A DNA stretch of 64,000 nt, taken from Opitutia bacterium (lineage in GTDB: Bacteria > Verrucomicrobiota > Verrucomicrobiia > Opitutales > UBA953). Below are positions 1 to 9,255 of this stretch, piece by piece; positions within the stretch are counted from its first letter, which is position 1; every line of letters starts with the position of its first letter. Below the pieces are notes generated by a model. The model saw only the letters and a list, made by a program, of their open reading frames with translations, ran no database searches and was not told the DNA's origin. Where the stretch lies: contig CANGFP010000003.1 of assembly GCA_947453335.1 (NCBI GenBank), forward strand, positions 160,704 to 224,703, written 5' to 3'. The position numbers and the translations under genes are program-made.

Positions 1-771
1 GTCGGCGAGCCGCACCTGCAGCAACCCGATGGTCTCGCCGTCGAGCCGCTGGTCGGCGGCCGCGGCGGCCGCGCGCAAGGCCGCGCAGCTTTCGGTGAGC
101 CGGCGCGCCTGGGCACCCAGACGTTCGTCGGACGTCGCCTCCGCGAAGGACGCGGTCGCGCCGACGAGCCGGGCGGAGAAGGCGGCGGCGCGGGCGGGGT
201 CGGTCTTGGCATGGAAGCCGTCGAGGTCGGCCTCGAGCTCCTGGGCGATCAAGGCGAGGTCGCGGGAAGTCGCGCGCTCGAGTTCCTTCACGACGCGCTC
301 GATCGCGCGTTGGGTCGTGGCGCCGGACGCCGGGATCTCGTCGCGCGCCAGCCCGGCCGGCACGGGGTCGCGCTCATCCCAGAATAGTTCGACCTGCAGC
401 AGGCCGGAGGAAGGGTTGACCGCGACGAGGTGCGCTCGCAGGCCGCGCCGGACCTCCTCCGGCAGGCGGTCGCCGCGCAGCCGGTCCGCGAATCCGCGGT
501 CCTGCAGGGCGGACGGGTCGAGGCTCAGCGCGACCTCAGGGCGCAGGCGGCGTTCGCCGTCCAGCGCCAGCCCGACGGCGGTGACCTGACCGACCACGAC
601 GCCCTGCACGCGCACGGGCGTTCCCGTGGCGATGCCCTGCACGGAGAAAGCCGGACGGAAGACCACGCGCACCAACGGCGCGTTCCAGGCCCGCCACCAC
701 GACCAGAGGGCGACCCCGCACGTCAGCGCGAGGAACGCGAGCAGCACGCCGCCGAGGGCGCGGCGGCTCAT
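1..771 (-). CDS. MlaD/PqiB (MCE) family membrane protein, partial; the C-terminus lies beyond the window edge
   Basis: It is absent from the ORF track because it runs off the edge. The minus frame from the ATG at 771 is open to position 1 (257 codons read by hand, no stop). The N-terminal TM is MSRRALGGVLLAFLALTCGVALW. It is followed by VVFRPAFSVQGIATGTPVRVQGVVVGQVTAV, which is typical of the MCE/MlaD domain. The ATG overlaps the pheA stop (ATGA). Confidence 0.6.
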   Translation of the reverse strand, partial: MSRRALGGVLLAFLALTCGVALWSWWRAWNAPLVRVVFRPAFSVQGIATGTPVRVQGVVVGQVTAVGLALDGERRLRPEVALSLDPSALQDRGFADRLRGDRLPEEVRRGLRAHLVAVNPSSGLLQVELFWDERDPVPAGLARDEIPASGATTQRAIERVVKELERATSRDLALIAQELEADLDGFHAKTDPARAAAFSARLVGATASFAEATSDERLGAQARRLTESCAALRAAAAAADQRLDGETIGLLQVRLAD

Positions 772-1835
772 CCGGCGGACTGCGGGTAGCTGCCCAGCCA
801 CTTCACGACCTCGCAGCGCCCCTTGAGCGCGGCGACGGCCTCCTGGACGGCGGGCGTATCCCAATGACCCGGGAAATCGATGAAGAACTGGTACTCCCAG
901 GCGCGGCGGCGGCTCGGCCGGGACTCGATCCGGATCAGGTTGATCCCGCGGTCGGAGAACGAGCTCAAGGCGGCCTGCAGCGCGCCCGGCTCGTGCTTGA
1001 GCGTCAGCACGACGCTCGTGACCTCCTCCTTCGCGCCGGCCGCGTTGGCGGCGGAGCCGATGACGAAGAAGCGCGTCGCGTTGTCGCGGCGGTCCTGGAT
1101 GCCGCGGGCGAGGATGGGCACGCCGCGCGATTCGGCGGCGGAGGCGGACGCGACGGCGGCCGCGCCTTGGGGCGACCGCGCGACCTGCTCGACGGCGGCC
1201 GCGGTGCTGTCGGTCTCGACCAACGCGGCGGCGGGGACGTGGCGGGAGAGCCAGCCGCGGCACTGCGCGAGCGCGATGTCCTTCGAAAGCACGCGCGTCA
1301 CGTCGGCCAGCGCGCCGAAGCCCACGAGGCACTGCTCGACGGACAACGTCACCTGGGCGACGACCTTGAGCTCGGATTCGGCGAGGAGGTCGAGCGAGTG
1401 GCTGACGACGCCTTCGGTGGAATTCTCTACGGGCACGACGCCGTAGGAAGCCTCGCCGGACTCCACGGCCGCGAAGACGTCGCCGATGGAGCGCAGCGGA
1501 AGCGACGGCACGCTGGAGCCGAACGCGCGCAGCTGCGCCTGCTGGGTGAAGGAGCCCTCGGGCCCGAGGTAGGCGACCGGCTTGGCCATCTGGGCGCCGA
1601 TCGAGAGCGAGATGACCTCGCGGAAGACGGACCGCACGCCGGACGCCGGGATGTTCGGCGCGGCCTCGACGAGCGCACGCAGGACCTGCTCCTCTCGTTG
1701 CGGGGCGTAGACCGGCGCTCCTGTCTTCAGCTTGGCCTCGCCGATGGCGCGGGCGACCTCGAGGCGCTCGCCGAGCAGGCGCAGGATCTCGCGGTCGATG
1801 CGGTCGACCTCGCGGCGGTGTTGGTCGAGGCTCAT
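768..1835 (-). CDS. pheA: Bifunctional chorismate mutase / prephenate dehydratase
   Basis: This is a 355-aa ORF. It has an N-terminal chorismate mutase helix (REVDRIDREILRLLGERLEVARAIGEAK) and a PDT core (PVAYLGPEGSFTQQA, NATRFFVIG). It also has an ACT region with the ESRP motif (IRIESRPSRR). Confidence 0.93.
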   Translation of the reverse strand: MSLDQHRREVDRIDREILRLLGERLEVARAIGEAKLKTGAPVYAPQREEQVLRALVEAAPNIPASGVRSVFREVISLSIGAQMAKPVAYLGPEGSFTQQAQLRAFGSSVPSLPLRSIGDVFAAVESGEASYGVVPVENSTEGVVSHSLDLLAESELKVVAQVTLSVEQCLVGFGALADVTRVLSKDIALAQCRGWLSRHVPAAALVETDSTAAAVEQVARSPQGAAAVASASAAESRGVPILARGIQDRRDNATRFFVIGSAANAAGAKEEVTSVVLTLKHEPGALQAALSSFSDRGINLIRIESRPSRRRAWEYQFFIDFPGHWDTPAVQEAVAALKGRCEVVKWLGSYPQSAG

Positions 1836-2626
1836 GCGGTGGGCTCGGAGGAGGACGCGTCGGCCGGCGGGGACTCGAGCGCGACGCCGGCGGAACCATC
1901 GGCCGCGGGCAGGCCCATCTCGGCATCACCCACCGCGACGGGCGTCGTCGCGCGCGCGATCCATTCGGAGATCTGGGCCGGGGAAAGGACGTCGGAAGCG
2001 GGCAGTTCGCCCAGGGTGCGGAGACCCGTGAAATCGAGGAACTTGTCGGTCGTGCCGTACTGGATGGGACGGCCCGGGAGGTCGGCGCGGCCGGTGACGG
2101 CGACGAGCTCGAGCTCCATCAGGCGGTTGAGGGCGCTGTCGACGGACACGCCGCGGATGGCCTCCATCTCAGGGCGCGTGACCGGCTGGCGGTAGGCGAC
2201 GATGGACAACGTCTCGAGCGCGGCGGGGCTGAGACGCTGCGGGCGCGGCTCGCCGCGGAGCAGACGGACCCAATCGGCGTAGACCGGGGAGATGACGAGA
2301 CGGAACCCCTCGGGCCCTTGGAGGATCCGGCAGGAATCGTTGCCGTCGCGCATCTCGACCTCGAGCGCGTCGACGGCCTCGCGGATCTGCGTCGCGGTGA
2401 GGAGCGTCGGCACCTGGTCGATGATATCCTGGATGACCTCCTGCACCGGCTGCACCGGAGGAGCGGCGGGTTCGGTGCCGGGTTCGCCCGCGGGACGCTC
2501 CTCGGTGGCCTCGGAAGCAGCTTGGGCGTGGTAGCGCTGAACGACCTTCTGGATGTCCTTGATCGAGACCGCCTCGGAGGTCGAGAGCAGCAGCGCCTTG
2601 ATGATTTTCTTGAGGTTGAATTCCAC
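1832..2626 (-). CDS. scpB: Segregation and condensation protein B
   Basis: It is the C-terminal 264 codons of the 623-aa ORF, with an in-frame GTG start at 2626. Matching segments are KALLLSTSEAVSIKDI, SPAALETLSIVAYRQPVTRPEMEAIRGVSVDSALNRLMELELV and GRPIQYGTTDKFLDFTGL. The upstream part of that ORF is a Gly/Ala/Asp-rich shadow overlapping ilvD. The stop overlaps the pheA start (ATGA). Confidence 0.85.
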   Translation of the reverse strand: MEFNLKKIIKALLLSTSEAVSIKDIQKVVQRYHAQAASEATEERPAGEPGTEPAAPPVQPVQEVIQDIIDQVPTLLTATQIREAVDALEVEMRDGNDSCRILQGPEGFRLVISPVYADWVRLLRGEPRPQRLSPAALETLSIVAYRQPVTRPEMEAIRGVSVDSALNRLMELELVAVTGRADLPGRPIQYGTTDKFLDFTGLRTLGELPASDVLSPAQISEWIARATTPVAVGDAEMGLPAADGSAGVALESPPADASSSEPTA

Positions 2627-2697
2627 GGGGAGGAAGGGCGTAAAATTGGGTTGTCGGAAAAGGGGGCGGACGGCAGAGTCGGCCTTCCCACTTATTA

Positions 2698-2711
2698 GGG
2701 GGGTACCCCCC
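2698..2711. repeat. Perfect 14-bp palindrome GGGGGGTACCCCCC in the scpB/ilvD divergent intergenic region
   Basis: It was read directly from the sequence. It is nested inside a 7-bp inverted repeat, GGTTGTC (2649-2655) and GACAACC (2715-2721). Its function is unknown; it could be an operator or a leader structure. Confidence 0.6.
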
Positions 2712-2740
2712 ACTGACAACCGCAGACTTTTCACACCCTC

Positions 2741-4429
2741 ATGAGCTCCCCTGATTGCACCCGCCACCACTCCGCCATCGTCGTCGACGGCCCGGACCGC
2801 GCCCCGAGCCGGGCCATGCTCCGGGCGGTCGGCTTCACCGACGCCGACTTCAAGAAGCCCGTGGTCGGCGTGGCCTCGACCTGGTCGATGGTGACCCCCT
2901 GCAACATGCACATCGACCGCCTGGCCGTGGAGGCCGCGAAGGGCGCGGACGCCGCCGGCGGCAAGGCCGTCATCTTCGGCACCATCACCGTCTCGGACGG
3001 CATCTCGATGGGCACCCCGGGCATGCGCTACTCCCTCGTCTCCCGCGAGATCATCGCCGACTCCATCGAAGCCGTCACCGGCGCCGAAGGCTTCGACGGC
3101 CTCGTGACCATCGGCGGCTGCGACAAGAACATGCCGGGCTGCCTCATGGCCATGGCCCGCCTCAACCGCCCGTCCGTCTTCGTGTACGGCGGCACCATCG
3201 TCCCCGGCCTCTACCGCGGCCAGTCGGCCGACATCGTCACCGTCTTCGAAGCCGTCGGCAAGCACGCCGGCAAGCAGATCGGCGACAGCGAACTCAAGGA
3301 AGTCGAGCAGTGCTCCATCCCCGGCGAAGGTTCGTGCGGCGGCATGTACACCGCCAACACGATGGCCTCGGCGATCGAAGCCCTCGGCCTCAGCCTGCCC
3401 GACAGCTCGGCGCAGCTCGCGAACTCCAAGGACAAGCTCGCCGACTGCGAACGCGCCGGCCAGGCCGTGCTCGAGCTCCTCAAGAAGAACATCCGCCCCT
3501 CGGACATCCTCTCCAAGAAGGCCTTCGAGAACGCGATCACCGTCGTCATCGCCCTCGGCGGCTCGACGAACGCGGTGCTCCACCTGATCGCGATGGCCCA
3601 TTCCGCGGGCATCAAGCTCACCCTCGAGGACTTCGAGCGCGTCGGCCGCAAGGTGCCGGTGCTCGCCGACCTCAAGCCCAGCGGCAAGTACAACATGGCG
3701 CACTTCGCGCGCATCGGCGGCCTCCAGCCGCTACTCAAGATGCTCCTCGACAAGGGCCTCCTGCACGGCGACTGCCTCACGGTCACCGGCAAGACCGTCG
3801 CCGAGAACCTCGCGCACGTCGGCAGCTACGCCGCCGATCAGGACGTCGTCCGTCCCTTCTCCAACCCGATCAAGGCCGACAGCCACCTGCGCATCCTGCG
3901 CGGCAACCTCGCTCCGGACGGCTCCGTCGCGAAGATCTCCGGCAAGGAAGGCAACGCCTTCACCGGCAAGGCCATCGTCTACGAGTCCGAAGAAGCCTCC
4001 CTCAAGGGCATCCTCGACGGCGAGGTCAAGGACGGCCACGTGATCGTCATCCGCAACGAAGGCCCCAAGGGCGGCCCCGGCATGCGCGAGATGCTCGGAC
4101 CGACGAGCGCCGTCATGGGCAAGGGCCTCGGCAAGACCGTCGCGCTCATCACCGACGGACGCTTCTCGGGCGGCAGCCACGGCTTCGTGGTCGGCCACAT
4201 CACCCCCGAAGCCGCCGTCGGCGGCGCCATCGCCATCATCCAGAACGGCGACACCATCGTCATCGACGCCGTGAAGAACGAGATCAACCTCGACGTCCCC
4301 GCCGCGGAGATCGCCCGCCGCCTGCAGGCCTGGAAGCCCTCGCCCTGCAAGGAGAAGCGCGGCGCGCTGGCCAAGTACGCCAAGCTCGTCACCTCCGCGA
4401 CCGAAGGCGCCATCACCGACGCCGACTAG
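2741..4429 (+). CDS. ilvD: Dihydroxy-acid dehydratase
   Basis: This 562-aa ORF looks like IlvD/Edd along its full length. Matching segments are RAMLRAVGFTDADFKKPVVGVASTWSMVTPCNMH, GGCDKNMPG, SCGGMYTANTM and ITDGRFSGGSHG. Confidence 0.97.
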   Translation: MSSPDCTRHHSAIVVDGPDRAPSRAMLRAVGFTDADFKKPVVGVASTWSMVTPCNMHIDRLAVEAAKGADAAGGKAVIFGTITVSDGISMGTPGMRYSLVSREIIADSIEAVTGAEGFDGLVTIGGCDKNMPGCLMAMARLNRPSVFVYGGTIVPGLYRGQSADIVTVFEAVGKHAGKQIGDSELKEVEQCSIPGEGSCGGMYTANTMASAIEALGLSLPDSSAQLANSKDKLADCERAGQAVLELLKKNIRPSDILSKKAFENAITVVIALGGSTNAVLHLIAMAHSAGIKLTLEDFERVGRKVPVLADLKPSGKYNMAHFARIGGLQPLLKMLLDKGLLHGDCLTVTGKTVAENLAHVGSYAADQDVVRPFSNPIKADSHLRILRGNLAPDGSVAKISGKEGNAFTGKAIVYESEEASLKGILDGEVKDGHVIVIRNEGPKGGPGMREMLGPTSAVMGKGLGKTVALITDGRFSGGSHGFVVGHITPEAAVGGAIAIIQNGDTIVIDAVKNEINLDVPAAEIARRLQAWKPSPCKEKRGALAKYAKLVTSATEGAITDAD

Positions 4430-4454
4430 GTCCGGCCACCGCGTCGACCGCCCC

Positions 4455-4490
4455 GCAGGCGAGGCTCCGGCCTCGCCTGCTTTGTTTTTG
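4455..4490 (+). terminator. Rho-independent terminator downstream of ilvD
   Basis: It has an 11-bp perfect stem, GCAGGCGAGGC / GCCTCGCCTGC, with a 4-nt loop. The stem is followed by TTTGTTTTTG. Confidence 0.75.
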
Positions 4491-4521
4491 CCTAGCCGCG
4501 GCCTGGCCGCAACCTGTGCGC

Positions 4522-5739
4522 ATGCCCCGCCCCACCCTGCTCGCCCTCGCGTGCCTCGGCGCCTGCGCGCACGCCTTCGCCGACGCCCCGGAACCGAAGT
4601 TCGAGCGGCGCACCCTCAGGACGGATTTCTTCTCCGAAGGATGCGCCGTCGGCGACCTGGACGGCGACGGCAAACCAGACCTCGTCGCAGGGCCGCATTG
4701 GTACGCCGGTCCGGACTTCCGGGTGCGCCATGCCTTCGCGCCGAACCCCGGCAAGCCCTACGACCCGCTGGGCTATTCCGAATCCTTCGTCCAGCTCGTG
4801 GCGGACCTGAACGGCGACGGCCATCCCGACGTCGTCACGGTCGGCTTCCCGGGCAAGGAGACGTACTGGTACGAGAACCCCGGCGCACCGACCGAAGCGC
4901 CGTGGAAGCGCCACCTCTTCCTCGCCAAGACCGACAACGAATCGCCGCACCTCGTCGACCTCGACGGCGACGGTCGGCCCGAACTGGTCTGCATGTCCGA
5001 AGGCGCGGTCGGATTCGCGAAACTCGACCCGAAGGATCCGACGCAGCCAGCGAAGTTCTTCCCCGTCAGTCCCGCGGACCCTAAGAAATACGCGCGCTTC
5101 ACGCATGGCTTCGGCGTCGGCGACCTCAACGGCGACGGTCGCGCCGACATCCTCGAACGCAACGGTTGGTGGGAGAACCCCGGCCCGACCGCGCCGACGG
5201 GCGCACCGTGGAGATTCCACCCCGTAGCCTTCGCCGCCGGCCGCAACGGCGGCGCGCAGATGCTCGTCGTCGACATCGACGGCGACGGCCTGCCCGACGT
5301 CCTCACCTCGCTCGACGCCCATCGCTTCGGCCTTTCCTGGTTCCGGCAAAGCCGCGCGGCCGACGGCGCCATTAGCTTCACCGAACACCGCATCCTCGAC
5401 GACAAACCGGAGAACTCCGCCGGCGGGCTCGCGCTGGGGCAGATGCACGCCCTCGTCCTGACGAACCAGCTCGTCGCAGGGCGGACCGTCCTCGTCACCG
5501 GCAAGCGCTTCTGGGCGCATGGCCCGAAGGGCGACGCCAATCCCGGCGCCCTTCCTCTGGTCGTCTGGCTATCATGGGAGAAGGATGCCTCAGGCCGGAT
5601 CGTCTTCACCCCGCACGTGGCCGACGACGCCTCGGGGATCGGGACGCAGTTCGCGGTCGCGGACCTCGACGGCGACGGCCGAGCCGAGATCGTGACGGCG
5701 AACAAGAAGGGCGTGCACGTCCTGAGCGAGCGCCGCTGA
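4522..5739 (+). CDS. Secreted FG-GAP/VCBS-repeat (integrin-alpha-like beta-propeller) protein
   Basis: It is the last 405 codons of the 994-aa ORF, starting at an in-frame ATG at 4522. The signal peptide is [20 protein letters not shown]. There are six Ca-binding-type repeats: [60 protein letters not shown] and [12 protein letters not shown]. Confidence 0.8.
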   Translation: MPRPTLLALACLGACAHAFADAPEPKFERRTLRTDFFSEGCAVGDLDGDGKPDLVAGPHWYAGPDFRVRHAFAPNPGKPYDPLGYSESFVQLVADLNGDGHPDVVTVGFPGKETYWYENPGAPTEAPWKRHLFLAKTDNESPHLVDLDGDGRPELVCMSEGAVGFAKLDPKDPTQPAKFFPVSPADPKKYARFTHGFGVGDLNGDGRADILERNGWWENPGPTAPTGAPWRFHPVAFAAGRNGGAQMLVVDIDGDGLPDVLTSLDAHRFGLSWFRQSRAADGAISFTEHRILDDKPENSAGGLALGQMHALVLTNQLVAGRTVLVTGKRFWAHGPKGDANPGALPLVVWLSWEKDASGRIVFTPHVADDASGIGTQFAVADLDGDGRAEIVTANKKGVHVLSERR

Positions 5740-5788
5740 CCGGGGAACGGTGTTGCGTCCGGGGGCGGCCGCGGGCACAACCACGGCG

Positions 5789-7366
5789 ATGGCCTCCACC
5801 TTCGACGCTTTCCGCAACCAGCTCCTGAACCACCCCGAGCTCGGCTTCTCCCTGGACCTCAGCCGCGCGCCCGCCCCGGCCGGCTTCGCCGAACGCATGG
5901 CCCCGGCGATGCGTCAGGCCCTGGCCGACATGGCCGCGCTTGAGCAGGGCGCCATCGCGAACCCCGACGAGAAGCGCATGGTCGGCCATTATTGGCTGCG
6001 CGCGCCGGAGCTCGCCCCCACCGCCGCCATCGGCGCCGAGATCACGGCCGCCGTCCGCTCGATCCATGCCTTCGCGCAGAAGGTCCGCAACGGCGAGGTG
6101 CGCGGCCAAGCCGGCAAGTTCACCGACCTGCTGTGCATCGGCATCGGCGGCTCGGCCCTCGGCCCGCAGTTCGTGGCGGACGCCCTCGGCACCGCGCAGG
6201 ACGCCCTCCGCGTGCACTTCATCGACAACACCGACCCCGACGGCATGGACCGCGTGTTCGCCGCCCTTGGACAGCGCCTTGGCAGCACGCTCGCCATCGT
6301 CACCTCGAAGTCGGGCAGCACGCCCGAGCCCCGCAACGGCCAGATCGAAGCCGCGCTGCGCTGGAAGCAGGCCGGCCTCTCCTTCGCGGCCCATGCCGTC
6401 GCCGTCACCGGCGAAGGCAGCCAACTGGACAAGGTCGCCGTCGCGGACAAGTGGCTCGCCCGCTTCCCCATGTGGGATTGGGTCGGCGGCCGCACGAGCG
6501 AACTCGGCCCGGTCGGACTCCTGCCCGCCGCGCTGCAAGGCCTGGACATCGACGGCCTGCTCGCCGGCGCCAAGGCCATGGACGCCCTGACGCGCTCGGC
6601 CGACATCGCCGGCAACCCGGCAGCCCAGCTCGCGTTGGCGTGGCATCACCTCACCGAAGGCCGCGGCACCAAGGCGATGGTCGTGCTCCCCTACAAGGAC
6701 CGCCTCCTGCTCTTCTCCCGCTATCTGCAGCAGCTCGTCATGGAGTCGCTCGGCAAGGAACACGACCTCGCCGGCCGCCAGGTCTTCCAAGGCCTGACCG
6801 TCTACGGCAACAAAGGCTCCACCGACCAGCATGCCTACGTCCAGCAGCTGCGGGACGGCGTGAACAACTTCTTCGCCGTCTTCATCGAAGTCCTCCAAGA
6901 CCGCCAAGGCCCTTCGCCGGAAGTCGAGCCCGGCGTCACCTCAGGCGCCTACCTTCAGGCCTTCCTGCTTGGCTCGCGCGAGGCCCTTTCGGCCAGCGGG
7001 CGCGCCAACCTCACCATCACCCTCCAAAAGGTCGATGCAGCGTCCGTCGGCATGCTCATCGCCCTCTTCGAGCGCGCCGTGGGACTTTACGCTAACCTAT
7101 TGTCCATCAACGCTTACCACCAGCCTGGCGTCGAGGCTGGCAAGAAGGCCGCCGCGGAGACCTTGAAGATCCGAGCCCAAGCGTTGGCAGGCCTGGCCAA
7201 AGCCCCCGGAAAGTGGCTGACCGCGACGCAATTGTGCAAGGAAATAGGACTTGTCGGGTCGGAGGAACTGGTGTTCAAAGTCCTCCTGCACGTTTCGTCG
7301 AACCCCGGCCCTGTTGAACGACAGGAATCCCCGGACCCGGCGAAGACGTCTTTCCGCCATTCCTAA
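5789..7366 (+). CDS. pgi: Glucose-6-phosphate isomerase
   Basis: PGI family motifs are [22 protein letters not shown] and [18 protein letters not shown]. The ORF-track start at 5750 is a GTG, and I prefer the ATG at 5789 (MASTFDAF). The start is uncertain by 13 codons. Confidence 0.92.
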   Translation: MASTFDAFRNQLLNHPELGFSLDLSRAPAPAGFAERMAPAMRQALADMAALEQGAIANPDEKRMVGHYWLRAPELAPTAAIGAEITAAVRSIHAFAQKVRNGEVRGQAGKFTDLLCIGIGGSALGPQFVADALGTAQDALRVHFIDNTDPDGMDRVFAALGQRLGSTLAIVTSKSGSTPEPRNGQIEAALRWKQAGLSFAAHAVAVTGEGSQLDKVAVADKWLARFPMWDWVGGRTSELGPVGLLPAALQGLDIDGLLAGAKAMDALTRSADIAGNPAAQLALAWHHLTEGRGTKAMVVLPYKDRLLLFSRYLQQLVMESLGKEHDLAGRQVFQGLTVYGNKGSTDQHAYVQQLRDGVNNFFAVFIEVLQDRQGPSPEVEPGVTSGAYLQAFLLGSREALSASGRANLTITLQKVDAASVGMLIALFERAVGLYANLLSINAYHQPGVEAGKKAAAETLKIRAQALAGLAKAPGKWLTATQLCKEIGLVGSEELVFKVLLHVSSNPGPVERQESPDPAKTSFRHS

Positions 7367-7390
7367 CCCCGTTTACCTCCCCACCCCCCC

Positions 7391-8305
7391 ATGAACAAGT
7401 CCGTCAATCTGGTCCTCCGCATCGTCGGCGTCGTCGCCGCGATCGCCGCCTGCGTCTTCGCTTACCTGCTCAAGGGTAAGATCGAAACCGCCACGCAGAA
7501 CACCGCCTGGACCACGACCGATGCCGAAATCCTGGCCAACAAGCAGTTCGACCTGCGCATGGTGGACATCAACACCAAGGCCAAGAGCCTCCTCGAGACC
7601 AAGCGCGCCAAGATCGCCGAACTCGAAGGCAACGTGAAGGACCTCACCGCCGACGTCGCCGACAAGAAGCAGAAGATCGAAGGCCTCACCGCCAACGTCA
7701 CCACCCTCGAAGGCGAACGCGCCGAGCTCACCCGCAAGCGCGACGAACTCAACGGCCAGCTCACCGAAGCCAACAGCAAGAAGGACTCCCTCACCGCCGA
7801 ACTGAACTCCGCCAAGGAAGAACTCGCGAAGGACAAGGAGAAGATCGCCGCCCTCTTCACCAAGGAACAGCTCGACGCGGAGATCGCCAAGTCCAACAAG
7901 GCCGAGGAAAACCGCAACGTCGCCACCCAGAAGTACGTCCAGCTCTACAACTGGACCGTCGCCACGACCGGCAACAAGCCTCCCTACCCCCGCGACCCTC
8001 TCCTCGAAGAGAAGGCCGACACCGTCCAGGTCGAGTTCGGCCCTGAGACCATCAAGACCCGCATCGTCGTGATCGACCCTTCCAAGGGCCTCGTCTCCTT
8101 CTCCGTCGGCGAACTCAACGGCATCAAGCCCCAGGACGGCTACTACGTCCGCATCGGCAGCCAGAACGTCGGCCAGATCCGCGTCGAAGCGGTCCAGGCC
8201 GCCCTCTCCACCGCGCAGATCCTGCCCGGCGCCAAGATCGAAGCCTTCACCCGCGGTGGCGTGGTGACGCTGGTGCCCTTCACCGGCAAGATCGCCAACA
8301 AGTAA
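7391..8305 (+). CDS. Membrane-anchored coiled-coil protein of unknown function
   Basis: This is a 304-aa ORF. The N-terminal TM is LVLRIVGVVAAIAACVFAYLL. It is followed by about 170 aa of heptad-like Lys/Glu/Leu-rich sequence (KIAELEGNVKDLTADVADKKQKIEGLTANVTTLEGERAELTRKRDELNGQL). The C-terminal roughly 100-aa region is beta-rich. Codon usage looks native. Confidence 0.7.
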   Translation: MNKSVNLVLRIVGVVAAIAACVFAYLLKGKIETATQNTAWTTTDAEILANKQFDLRMVDINTKAKSLLETKRAKIAELEGNVKDLTADVADKKQKIEGLTANVTTLEGERAELTRKRDELNGQLTEANSKKDSLTAELNSAKEELAKDKEKIAALFTKEQLDAEIAKSNKAEENRNVATQKYVQLYNWTVATTGNKPPYPRDPLLEEKADTVQVEFGPETIKTRIVVIDPSKGLVSFSVGELNGIKPQDGYYVRIGSQNVGQIRVEAVQAALSTAQILPGAKIEAFTRGGVVTLVPFTGKIANK

Positions 8306-8312
8306 GCCGTCC

Positions 8313-8477
8313 ATGCGTGCCTTCCTCCTCATCGCCGCCACCTTGGCCCTCCTGGGCCTGGTCGGCTGCGAGACGACGGAGAAGCCCATCGACTCCACCC
8401 TGCCGCAGGCCCAGCCGGCCAGCTGGCAGGGCGGGCTGCCCGGTCTGAGCAATCCGGGCGGTTCCGGTTTCCGCTAA
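8313..8477 (+). CDS. Small lipoprotein (54 aa), below the ORF-track size cut-off
   Basis: By hand translation: MRAFLLIAATLALLGLVGC|ETTEKPIDSTLPQAQPASWQGGLPGLSNPGGSGFR. It has a canonical lipobox, L-V-G-C. It starts 8 nt after the upstream stop, and its TAA is 1 nt from the rsmI ATG. Confidence 0.45.
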   Translation: MRAFLLIAATLALLGLVGCETTEKPIDSTLPQAQPASWQGGLPGLSNPGGSGFR

Positions 8478-8478
8478 G

Positions 8479-9207
8479 ATGCCCACGCCGAGCGCAGACG
8501 CACACGGGAGCCCTCGTGGAGCGTCCGGCAGGCTTTGGGTCGTCGCCACCCCGCTGGGCAACCTCGGGGACATCACCGAACGCGCCAAGGCCGAACTCGC
8601 GGCCTGCGACGTCGTGGCGTGCGAGGACACGCGGGTGACGGGCGGCCTGCTCCGGCACCTCGGCCTGAACAAGCCGATGCTCGCCTACCACGAGCACAAC
8701 GAGAAGGAGTTCGCGAGCGAGCTCGCCGACCGCATCGAACGCGGCGCCGTCGTCGCGCTGATCACGGACGCGGGCACGCCGGGCATCAGCGACCCCGGCT
8801 TCCGCCTGACGCGCGAATGCCGCCGCCGGAAGCTCACGGTGACGCCCCTGCCTGGTCCTTGCGCGATCGTGGCGCTGCTCTCGGCGTCGGGACTCCCGAC
8901 CAACGCCTTCCGCTTCGTCGGTTTCCTCGCCCCGAAGTCGGCCGCCCGTCGCCGCTTCCTGGAAGCCGCCGTCGCGGCGGACGAGACCATCGTGCTGCAC
9001 GAGTCGTGCCACCGCATCGGCGACTTCGTCGACGAGATGCTGGAGGTCCTCGGCCCGGACCGCGTGGTCTGCGTGGGCCGAGAACTCACCAAGCTGCACG
9101 AGACGATCCGCACCGCGCCGCTGGGCGAGCTCGTGCCCGCGCTGAAGGCCGGCTCGCTCAAGGGCGAGTTCACGGTGGCCATCGCGCCGGCCGGCTTCGT
9201 GCTCTGA
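8479..9207 (+). CDS. rsmI: 16S rRNA (cytidine1402-2'-O)-methyltransferase
   Basis: It belongs to the tetrapyrrole-methylase-fold RsmI family. Matching segments are LWVVATPLGNLGDIT, CEDTRVTGGLLRHLG, ITDAGTPGISDPG and RELTKLHE. Confidence 0.9.
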   Translation: MPTPSADAHGSPRGASGRLWVVATPLGNLGDITERAKAELAACDVVACEDTRVTGGLLRHLGLNKPMLAYHEHNEKEFASELADRIERGAVVALITDAGTPGISDPGFRLTRECRRRKLTVTPLPGPCAIVALLSASGLPTNAFRFVGFLAPKSAARRRFLEAAVAADETIVLHESCHRIGDFVDEMLEVLGPDRVVCVGRELTKLHETIRTAPLGELVPALKAGSLKGEFTVAIAPAGFVL

Positions 9208-9255
9208 ACGGATAGCGGGTTGACCTGCGGCCCCTACCGGCTGCATCCTTCGGCC

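Noticed and set aside
2627-3703. The N-terminal extension of the 623-aa minus-strand ORF containing scpB.
   Set aside because: The extension is antisense to ilvD and Gly/Ala/Asp/His-rich. ScpB similarity begins only at the GTG at 2626.
2755-4521. The N-terminal 589 codons of the 994-aa plus-strand ORF 2755-5739.
   Set aside because: This frame is out of phase with ilvD and reads as an Arg/Pro/His-rich string. Only the portion from the ATG at 4522, after the ilvD terminator, has a signal peptide and FG-GAP repeats.
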